Assembly: GCF_018350175.1 (NCBI RefSeq)
Contig: NC_058383.1
Location: forward strand, 28,584,001-28,648,000
DNA length: 64,000 bases
Origin: Felis catus
Taxonomy: Eukaryota
Direction: 5' to 3'
Shown here: in pieces, positions 38,203 through 48,837 of the stretch
How positions within the stretch are numbered: the stretch's first letter is position 1
How the letters are laid out: the number at the start of each line of letters is the position of its first letter
Made by a program: the position numbers and the translations under genes
Notes under the pieces: generated by a model
The model's input: only the letters and a program-made list of their open reading frames with translations
What the model was told of the DNA's origin: nothing
Databases searched by the model: none

Positions 38203-38866
38203 TATTGGGTTGAATGGATTCCCACCCACCAAAATGTCATGTCTACCCTGTTTGGAAACAGGATCTTTGGAGCACCTGGGTGGCTCAGTCAGTTGAGTGT
38301 CTGACTTCAGCTCAGGTCATGAGCTCACGGTTCATGAGTTTGAGCCACATGTCAGGCTCACTACTGTCAGCTTGTCAGTGCAGAGCCTATTTGGGATCCT
38401 CTGTCTCTCTCTCTCTCTCTCTCTCTCTGCCACTCCCCCACTTGCGATCTCCCCCAAATAAATAAAATATTTAAAGAAATATTTTACAAAAGAAATAGAA
38501 TCCTTGCGGGTGTCATTAGTTGAGATGAAGTCATACTTATTAGGGTGAGCCCTAAATCCGATGATTGATGTCCTTGTGAGGAGGGGAGAGGACACACAGA
38601 TGTACAGGGAAGAAGCCATGGGATGACAAAAGCAGAGACAGGAGCGAGTCAGCTGCAAGCCGAGGAGCACCAAAGACTGCAGGCAGCCACCAGGAGCTGG
38701 AAGATGCAAGGAAGGATTCTCTTCTAGAACCTTCAGAAAAAGCATGGCCCAGCCGATGCTTTGCTTGCGGACTTGCGTCCTCCAAAACTGAGAGAGAATA
38801 AATCCATGTTGATTTATGCCACTAAGTTCGTGGGAATTTGTTAGGGCGGCCACAGGAAGCTAACAC
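38203..38866 (+). mobile_element. MLT1-type LTR interrupted by a Can-SINE (~38269-38480)
   Basis: tattgggttgaat...ccctaaatcc...gaaggattctcttctagaaccttcaga...ggaagctaaca. Confidence 0.75.
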
Positions 38867-39249
38867 GATGGCCTTGGGCTCCAGGAGCCTCCCTGATCCT
38901 TCCAGTAACTGCCCATTTTGTGGTTCCCTAAGCTTGGGTGGGTTTTCTCCGCGAGATATAAAGCACAACAGCGGACCCGGCCTGGTGGCTCTCCACCCTG
39001 GCTGCTCCTCATAATCACGTGACGTTTTAAAAAATGACCAATGCCAGAACCCCACACCAACTGAATCGAGTCTCTAGTAGGTGAGCAGTGCCGGCCATTG
39101 CCGTTTTTTCTCCCTTCTTTTGCTGTTTTCTGTTTGAAATTTGACTTCCTGCGGTACAGTTTTATTGGGATATAACTCACATATACCATCACAATTCACC
39201 CATCGAGATATGCAGCCATCACCACAGCTGATTTTAGAACAGTTTAATC

Positions 39250-39440
39250 GAGGCGCCTGGGTGGCTCAGTCGGTTAAGCGTCTGACTCTTGATTTCGGCT
39301 CAGGTCATGATCCCGGGGTCATGGGATCCGCGTTGGGCTCTGCGCTGACAGCACGGAGCCTGCTTGGGATTCCCTCTCTCCCTCTCTCTCTCTCTGCCCC
39401 TCCCCCACTTGCGTTCTCTCTCAAAATAAATAAATAAATA
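39250..39440 (+). mobile_element. Can-SINE
   Basis: Diagnostic sequence. Confidence 0.88.
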
Positions 39441-39682
39441 CATATTTTTGTGAAAGAACAATTTAATCACCTAGAAGAGAAACCCCACACCCACTTGCTG
39501 TCACCCCACACGGCCTGGCACCTGTGAGTGCTCCTTAGAGGAATGGTGCCGGAAGGACGACGGGCTCCCGCTGTACCCACCACCAGCAGAACAGGAGTGT
39601 ATTTAAGGCCCAGAGAAACGAAGGTGCTACATCAAGTTCACCCGTCTGGTCAGCCTGGATTCAAACCCAGACCACGGGACTC

Positions 39683-39900
39683 TAGTGGTTCTCAGATGGG
39701 TGGCAATTTCGCACCTCCCCGCCGGGGTATATCTGGCAGACATTTTTCACTGTCACGACTGCGGGGGAGATGCTGCTGGCATCCAGTGGGCAGAGGCCAC
39801 TGCTAAACATGCTACAGTGCACAGGACATCGTTCCCCCCACCCCGCCCCCGGCCCCAGTAAAGAATGGCCCAGCACCACATGTTCCAAACGAGAAAGCAT
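39683..39900 (+). mobile_element. MER20-like MITE
   Basis: agtggttctca...tgctggcatccagtgggcagaggcc...tgctaaacat...cagtgcacaggac. Confidence 0.7.
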
Positions 39901-40331
39901 TTGGAACGGTGTCCTCTTCTACAATGCATTCTGACGGGCTTCCTACTCAATCGTAGCTGCCACTTACTGGTACCCGCTGTGTGCCAGGTCCTGTCTGAGT
40001 GACCAGAGTAGGGGATCCTTTTCTCTTCCTCAGCGCACGTGCAGTGCTAGCTCGCAGCCTGCGGCAACACAGCGGCTGAGACATACTTACCAGACGGATA
40101 GAAGGGCAAACGTACTCAAGTAGAAGCCCATGGGGTGCTTATCCGGCCTGGGCGGCTCCTCCCCAAGGCCAACGCAAGGTTCCTGGGCCAGAATTGTGTA
40201 TCTGCCTCCCATACACCTTTCCTGTGCACCTGCCAGACCTTCACACCTGCGCATAACCCAGCCTGGATGGGCAGGGAAGGCTCTCTTGGGAAACGGAACA
40301 AATCAACCATGACCTGAAGGAATTGGTAGAA

Positions 40332-40332
<1 letters not shown>

Positions 40333-40364
<32 letters not shown>
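40333..40364 (+). repeat. (TG)16 microsatellite; (CA)16 in the BMERB1 pre-mRNA
   Basis: Direct inspection. Confidence 0.95.
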
Positions 40365-40366
<2 letters not shown>

Positions 40367-40938
40367 AATCAGGACTCATTCCATATTCTGAAGCAAAAAG
40401 ACACTTTCCAACGCAATACATATCAAAGCAGATATGATAGCATATTAAACAAGTTGTAAAAGAGATTTGGTAAATTTTTTAAAAAATACCACTTTTCCCA
40501 TTAAATATTTGTGGATTTAGAAAAGACAATCGTGGTTCATAAAACGGTACTTAGGTTACAAGGAAATAGGTTTATTACTGTCATTTTAAAATGAATTAAT
40601 ATATAAATATGTTACAAGGACGGGTAGGAATGTGTTCGGTTACTGACAATAACAACAGGAATAATTTATTAAGCACTTGTTATAGGATGGGAGCTGTGGT
40701 TAGCACCGCATATGTTTTTTCCCTCAGTCCGTCTCACAATGATCCTATAAAGTAGATACCACTATTGTCCCAGTTGACAGGTGACGAAATCGAGTTTTAG
40801 TGGAGTCACTTGCTCAAGGTCATGTCATTAATAATCGACAGATCTAGGTTGAACCCCGAAGTCAGAGCTTGTAAAAATACCACACTCTACCTGCCCCCAA
40901 ACAGAACAGTAACAATCGTTAATACTTACCGGACTTTT

Positions 40939-41130
40939 GGGGCGCCTGGGTGGCTCAGTCGGTTAAGCATCCGACTTCGGCTTAGGTCATGATCTCACAG
41001 TTCATGAGTTCAAACCTCACATTTGGGCTCTCTGCTGTCAGCATGGAGCTTGCTTCGGGTCCTCTGTCTCCCTCTCTCTCTGCCCCTCCCGCCGCCCCTC
41101 TCTCAAAGAAATAAATATTAAAAAAAAAAA
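40939..41130 (+). mobile_element. Can-SINE antisense to BMERB1
   Basis: Diagnostic sequence; imperfect TSD aatacttaccggact / aatacttactggatt. Confidence 0.9.
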
Positions 41131-41455
41131 TACTTACTGGATTCTTAACCTTTGGGCCAGATATGAAGCTAGGCTCGTGGATTGCAATGTTCTGTGTATC
41201 ACAATGAGATTTATACCCAGCGAGTTAAAAGCTGTACCTACTCCTACCCCATTTCCGGAAGAAGGGAAACTGAGCCTCAGATAAAGTGACTTTCCCAAGG
41301 TCAAAGAGCGGGCCAGAATTAGTACTTGAACCTGGATCCCCCTGATGTGGAGGACTGCACTGCAAGAATGGGGCTGCGGTAGAAGAGATGAACTCTGTCT
41401 TCCAGACCCAAGGGGCACCGACAGGGCCGGCCAGAGGACTCTGAGCGGCTCCTTA

Positions 41456-41698
<243 letters not shown>

Positions 41699-42099
41699 TC
41701 AAAAGAAGAAAAACAAAACGTGCCTATTGTCACACGACTCAGAAATGATCGATCGCTGTTAATAACACCTTGATGAGAATGGCTTCCTGTCTTCACGTCC
41801 TTGCTTCCGTTCCCTTATACCAGCGAGCTCTCGCTGCAGATTTGGTGTTTTCTTTACTGGCTGTGTTTCACAATTTTAAGCATTGCAGAAATTCACACCA
41901 CAGAGAAAATCTCCCTCAATCCTTTAGAAAAAAACCCCATTGTCAACAGTATGGTATATGTTCCGCCAGATTTTTAAAAACGTTTATGCCTGTACTATAA
42001 GTTGTAACACCATGGTTATTCTACAAACACATCTTGCAACACTTTTTAACTTCATGGTATATCTTAGGCATTTTTCCATGTCACGACATGCAAATCTCA

Positions 42100-43118
42100 T
42101 TTAAAAAAATTTTTTTTTAAGTTTATTTTTGAGAGAGAGAAACAGAGCATGAGCAGGGGAGCAGCAGGCAGAGAGGGAGACACAGAATCCGAAGCGGGCT
42201 CCAGGCTCCGAGCTGTCAGGACAGAGCCCGACGTGGGGCTTGAACTCACAGACCGCAAGATCATGACCTGAGCCAAAGTCAGACCCTTACCAGGCACCCG
42301 TAATTTTTAATGGCTGTATAGTATTCCATTATACCAATATACAGTGACTTATATAACCATTCCCCTATACACAGACGTCTGGGTCGTTTCTAGGATAAAT
42401 TCCTAGAAATACATAAATTCCTAGAAAAATTAGTTCCTAGAAATGCAATCATTGGGTCAAATGACATGAACACTTGCTTATTTATTCATTTAGAGAGTGG
42501 GCGAGCACAAGTGGGGAAGGGACATAGGGAGAGAGAAAATCTTAAGCAGTTTCCAATGTGGGGTTCCATGCAGGGCTAGATCGCACGACTGGGAGATCAT
42601 GATCTGAGCTGAAATCAAGAGTCGGACGCTTAAACAACTGAGCCATCCAGGTGCCCCAACCCTTGCGTTTTAATTAGGAACTTCCAAATTGCCCTCCAGA
42701 GGGATTGTGCCTGATAGTCCCACCAAGAGCATGAAAGGATGGTCACACTTATGACCTCAGCCATCGACTGCATGTGCAATTTTGCATTATGTATTACAGT
42801 TTTGTAGGTGTGCTAGGATATTAACTTATATTACTGTAAATAACATGTATACTGGATATCTGGAAATTCAGCAAATCAATTTATAAGGGCTGCTCTAAAT
42901 TGTTTTAATGTTTATTTATTTACTTATATTGAGAGACAGAGAGAGAGAGAGAGAGAGAATCCCAAGCAGGCTCCATGATGACAGAATGGGAGAAGATATT
43001 TGCAACATGATGTCAACACAGACCCCAATGTGGGGCTCGATTCCATGAAATGTGAGATTATGACCTGGGCTGAAATCAACAGTCAGACTCTTAACTGACT
43101 GAGCTTTCCAGGCGCCCC
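42100..43118 (-). mobile_element. Three Can-SINEs (42100-42299, 42478-42657, 42903-43118) embedded in old L1M-like sequence
   Basis: Diagnostic SINE sequence; intervening atggctgtatagtattccatt L1 3'-type motif. Confidence 0.82.
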
Positions 43119-43401
43119 AGGTTGGCTTTAATTACCATCATATATAGATATTAATTTTTTTTATTTAATTTTTTTCTTAATTTACATCCAAGTTAGTTAG
43201 CATATAGTGCAACAATGATTTCAGGAGTAGATTCCTTAGTGCCCCTTACCCATTTAGCCCATCCCCCTCCCCCAACCCCTCCAGTAACCCTCAGTTTGTT
43301 CTCCATATTTAAGAGTCTCTTACGTTTTTGTCCCCCTCCCTGTTTTTATATTATTTTTGCTTCCCTTCCCTTATGTTCATCTGTTCTGTATCTTAAAGTC
43401 C

Positions 43402-46400
43402 TCAGATGAGTGAAGTCATATGATATTTGTCTATCTCTGACTGACTAATCTCACTTAGCAAAATGCCCCCACGTAGTTGCAACTACGTGCATTCACGTAG
43501 TTGCAAATGGCAAGATTTTATCTTCTCGTTGCTGAGTAATATTCCATTGTATGTATATATACCACTTCTTCTTTGTCCATATTGATGGACATTTGGGCTC
43601 TTTCCATACTTTGGCTATTGTAGATAGTGCTGCTATAAACATTGGGGTGCATGTATCCCTTCGAAACAGCATACCTGTGTCCCTTGGATAAATACCTAGT
43701 AGTGCCATTGCTGGGTCGTAGGGTAGTTCTCTTTTTAATTTTTTGAGGAAACTCCATACTATTTTCCAGAGTACCTACACCTGTTTGCATTCCCACCAGC
43801 AGTGCCAAAGAGATCCTCTTTCTCCGCATCCTCCCCAACATCTGTTGTTGCCTGAGTTGTTAATGTTAGCCATTCTGACAGGTGTGAGGTGGTATCTCAT
43901 TGTGGTTTCGATTTGTATTTCCCTGATGACGAGTGATGTTGAGCATTTTTTCATGTGTAGGTTGACCATCTGGATGTCTTCTTTGGAGAAGTGTCCATTC
44001 ATGTCTTTGCCCATTTCTTTACTGGATTATTTGGTTTTGGGATGTTGAGTTTGATAAGTTCTTTACAGATTTTGGATACTAATCCTTTATCTGATATCTT
44101 GTTTGCAAATATCTTCTCCCATTCTGTCAGTTGCCTTTCAGTTTTGCTGATTGTTTCCTTCACTGTACAGAAGATCCTTATTTTAATGAGTTCCCAATAC
44201 TTCATTTTTGCTTTTGTTTCCCTTGCCTCCAGAGACATGTTGAATAAGAAGTTGCTGTGGCCAAGGTCAAAGAGGTTTTTGCCTGCTTTCTCCTTGAGGA
44301 TTTGGATGGCTTCCTATCTCACATTAGGTCTTTCATCCATTTTGAGTTTATTTTGTGTACGGTGTAAGAAAGTGGTCCAGGTTTATTTCTCTTCATGTGG
44401 CTGTCCAATTTTCCCAGCACCACTTGCTGAAGAGACTGCCTTTATTCCATTGGATATGCTTTCCTGCTTTGTCAAAGATGAGTTGGCCATACATTTGTGG
44501 GTCCATTTCTGGGTTTTCTATTCTGTTCCATTGATCTGAGTGTCTGTTTTTGTGCCAGGACCATACTGTATTGAGGATTACAGGTTTTTAATACAGCTTG
44601 AAGTATGAGATTGTGATGCCTCCTGCTTTGGTTTTCTTTTTCAAGATTGCTTTGGCTATTCAGGGTCTTTTCTGGTTCCATACAAATTTTAGGATGGTTT
44701 GTTCTAGCTCTGTGAAGAATGCTGGTGTTATTTTGATAGGGATTGCCTTGAATATGTAGATTGCTTTGGGTGGTATCGACATTCTAAAAATGTTTGTTCT
44801 TCCTATCCAGGAGCATGGAATCTTTTTCCATTTTTTTGTGTCTTCAATTTCTTTCATAAGCTTTCTACAGTTTTCAGTGTATAGATTTTTCACCTCTTTG
44901 GTTAGATTTATTCCTAGGTATTTTATGGGTTTTGGTGCAATTATATATGGCATCGATTCCTTGATTTCTCTTTCTGTTGCTCCATTCTTGGTGTGTAGGA
45001 ATGAAACCGATTTCTGCGCATTGATTTTATATCCTGCTACTTTGCTGAATTCATGGATCCGTTCTAGCAGTTTTTTTGGTGGAATCTTTTGAGTTTTCCA
45101 TATGGAGTATCATGTCATCTGTGAAGAGTGAAAGTTTGACCTCCTCCTGGCCAGTTTGGATGCCTTGTATTTCTTTGTGTTGTCTGATTGCTGAGGCTAA
45201 AACTTCCAATACTATGTTGAATAACAGTGGTGAGAGTGGACATCCCTGTCTTGTTTCTGACCTTAGGGGGAAAGCTCTCAGTTTTTCCCCATTGAGGATG
45301 ATATTAGCTTTGGGTCTTTCATATATGGCTTTTATGATCTCAAGGTATGGTCCTTGTATCCCTACTTTCTTAATGGTTTTTATCAACAAAGGATGCTGTA
45401 TTTTGTCAAATGCTTTCTCTACGTCCACTGAGAGGATCATGTGGTTCTTGTTCTTTCTTTTATTGATGTGATGAATCACATTGATTGTTTTGCAGATATT
45501 GAACCAGCCCCACATCCCAGTTATAAATCCCACTTGGTCGTGGCGAATAATTTTTTTTCACGTATTGTTGGATCCGGCTGGCTATTATCTTGTTGAGAAT
45601 TTTTGCATGCCTGTTCATCAGGGAAATTGGTCTATAGTTCTCCTTTTTCGTGGGGTCTTTGTCTGGATTTGGAATCAAGGTAATGCTGGCTTCATAGAAA
45701 GAGTTTGGAAGTTTTCCTTCCATTTCTCTTATTTGGCACAACTTCAAGAGAATAGGTGTTAACTCTTCCTTTAATGTTTGGTAGAATTCCCCTGGAAAGC
45801 CATCTGGCCCCGGAGTCTTGTTTTTGGGGAGATTTTTGATTACTAATTCGATTTCTTTACTAGTTATGGGTCTGTTCAAATATTCTATTTCTTCCTGTTT
45901 CAGTTTTGGTAGTTTATATGTTTCTAGGAATTTGTCCATTTCTTCCATATTTCCCATTCTATTGGTGTATAATTGCTCATAAGAAACTGCTATTATTGTT
46001 TGTATTTCTGCTGTGTTGGTTATTATCTCTCCTCTTTCCTTCTTGATTTTATTATTTGGTTCCTTTCCTTTTTCTTTTTGATCAAGCTGGCTAGCGGTTT
46101 ATCAGTTTTGTTAATTCTTTCAAAGAACCAGCTTCTGTTTTCATTGATCTGTTCTACTGGGTTTTTTTTTTTTCGATAGCGTTGATTTCTGCTCTAATCT
46201 TTATTATTTCCTGTCTCCTGCTGGTTTGGGGTTTTATTTGCTGTTCTTTTTCCAGCTCTTTAAGGTGTAGGGTTTGGTTGTGTATCTGAGGCCTTTCTTC
46301 CTTCTTTAGGAAGGCCTGGATTGCTATATACTTTCCTCTTATGACCGCCTTTGCTGTGTCCCAGAGGTTTTGGGTTGTGGTGTTACCATTTTCATCGACT

Positions 46401-47228
46401 TCTATATACTTTTTAATTTCCTCTTTAACTTCTTGGTTAGCCCATTCATTCTGTGGCAGGATGTTCTTCCGTCTCCAAGTATTTGTTATCTTTCCAATTT
46501 TTTTCTTGTGATTGATTTTAAGTTTCATAGCGTTGGGGTCTAAAATATGCACGGTATGATCTCGATCTTTTTGTATTTGTTGAGGGCTGATTTGTGTCCC
46601 AGTATGTGATCTATTCTGGAGAACATTCCATGTGCACTGGAGAAGAATGTATATTCTGCTGCTGTAGGATGAAATGTTCTGAATATATCTGTTAATTCCA
46701 TCTGGTCTAGTGTGTCATTCAAAGCCATTGTTTCCTTGTTGATTTTCTGTTTAGATGATCTGTCTATTGCTGTAGGTGGGGTATTGAAGTCCCCTACTAT
46801 TATGTTATTATTATCAATGAGTTTCTTTATGTTTGTGATTAATTGATTTATATATTTGGGTGCTCTCACATTTGGAGCATAAATGTTTATGATTGTAGGT
46901 ATCCTTGGTGGATAACCCCCTTAATTGTGATATAATGCCCTTCTTCATCTCTTGTTACAGTCTGTATTTGAAAATCTAGATTGTCTGATATAAGTATGGC
47001 AACCCTGGCTTTGTTTTGTTGAACATTAGCATGATAGATGGTTCTCCATCCCCTTACTTTCAATCTGAAGGTGTCTTTAGGTCTAAAGTGGGTCTCTTGT
47101 AAACAGATAGATAGATAGATAGATAGAGCTTGTTTTCTTATCCATTCTGTTACCCTATGTCTTTCGATTGGAGCATTTAGTCCATTGACATTTAGAGTGA
47201 CTACTGAAAGATATGACTTTATTGCCAT
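43402..47228 (-). pseudogene. Disrupted L1 ORF2 (endonuclease / reverse transcriptase / C-terminal)
   Basis: Fragments: [92 protein letters not shown]. Confidence 0.93.
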
Positions 47229-47276
47229 TATGTTTTTTGTAGAGTTGAAGTTTCTGGTGGTGTTCTCTGGTCCTTC

Positions 47277-48201
47277 CTAGTTTTTGTTACTTTTGGTCTT
47301 TTTTTTTTTTTTTTTGTCTTTTCTCTCCTCAGAGAGTCCCCCTTAAAATTTCTTGCAGGGCTGGTTTAGTGGTCACGAACTCCTTTAATTTTTGTTAGGC
47401 TGGGAAACTTTTGATCTCTCTATTTTGAATGACAGCCTTGCCAGATAAAGAATTCTAGGCTGCATATTTTTCCAATTCAGCACGTTGAATACAGCCTGCC
47501 ACTCCTTCCTGACCTGCCAGATTTCTGTGGCTGCTGCAAACCTGATCTGTTTTCCCTTGTAGGTTAAGGATTTTTTTTCCCTTGCTGCTTTCGTGATTAT
47601 TTCCTTGCCTGAGTATTTTGTGAATTTGACTATGATATGCCTTGTTGATAGTTGGTTTTTGTTGAATCAATAAGACTCCTCTGTGCTTCCTGGATTTTGA
47701 TGTCTGTGTCTTTCCCCAGGTTAGGAAATTTTTCTGCTAAGACTTGCTAACATAACATTTCTACCCATTTTTCTCTCTTTGTCTTCTGGGACCCCTATGA
47801 TTCTGATGTTGTTCCTTTTTAATGAGTCACTGATTTCTCTAATTCTTAAATCGTGCTCTTTTGACTTAGTCTCCCTATTTTTTTTTTTTCTGCTTCATTA
47901 TTCTCCATAAGTTTGTCCTCTATATTGCTGATTCACTGCTCTGCCTCATCCATCCTTGCCACCACAGCATCCATTCAAGATTGCAGCTCAGGTACAACAT
48001 TTTTTATTTCATCCTGACTAGGTTTTACCTCCTTTATCTCCACAGAGAGGGATTCTAATCTATTTTCAACTGCAGCTAGTATTCTTATTATCATGATTCT
48101 AAATTCTGGTTCAGACATCTTGCTTATATCTGTGTTGATTAAGTCCCTGCCTGTCATTTTTCCTGCTCTTTCTTTTGGGGTGAATTCCTTTGTTTCATCA
48201 T
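47277..48201 (-). pseudogene. Disrupted L1 ORF1
   Basis: MMKQRNSPQKKEQE..., DISKMSEPEFRIMIIRIL and coiled-coil fragments directly upstream of ORF2; frameshifted. Confidence 0.85.
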
Positions 48202-48249
48202 TTTTAAGGAAGAAAAGGAATAAGGTAAAAAAAATGAAATTAAATAATT

Positions 48250-48284
<35 letters not shown>

Positions 48285-48715
48285 TGCAATAAATGATGCT
48301 AGATCCTAGGTGTGTTTTGGTCTGGTTGTTGAAAGGAGCTTGATAAATTAGAGACAAAAGTGGGGGGCGGGGAGGGAAACGTTTGAGAATTTGAAAAAAT
48401 GAACACAATAAAATGAGATGATGGAAGTAAAATAGAATTCAAAAATTTACAAAAAGGTAAAAAATATAGTAGAAAAAATTAAAGAAAAATATTCTTAATA
48501 AAACTGAAAATAAAAATGATTTTTTTCTTTCATATTCAAGAAAAGAAACGAAAGAGAAAAAAAAAGAAAACTGAATAGGTGGACCAGTGAACAGACTGAA
48601 ATATGATTGAAATTACCTGGTTTTCCCCTAGAAGTCAAACTATGAAGGGCTTTACAGTACGTAAACTAGGCAGGCGGAGAGACTTGTGTTCCTGAAGAGC
48701 AAGGTTGGCCCAGTA

Positions 48716-48837
48716 GGGCGGGGCTTAGGGTAATGACTTCGTTCTCCACTAGATGGCGCTGCTCTGCTTACTGGAGGGGATTGTTGTGGGGCTTGCACGT
48801 GTGTATGCGCATGCGCGGGAGCGGTAAAAATGGCGTC
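48716..48837 (+). promoter_or_regulatory. TF motif cluster in the L1 5'UTR: GC box, CTCF, E-box, NRF1, YY1
   Basis: GGGCGGGGC 48716-48724; CCACTAGATGGCGCT 48746-48760; CACGTG 48796-48801; TGCGCATGCGCG 48806-48817; AAAATGGCG 48827-48835. Confidence 0.55.

Noticed and set aside
43743..46179. + strand hydrophobic ORFs within the L1
   Set aside because: Antisense reading of A-rich L1 ORF2 routinely yields such frames.
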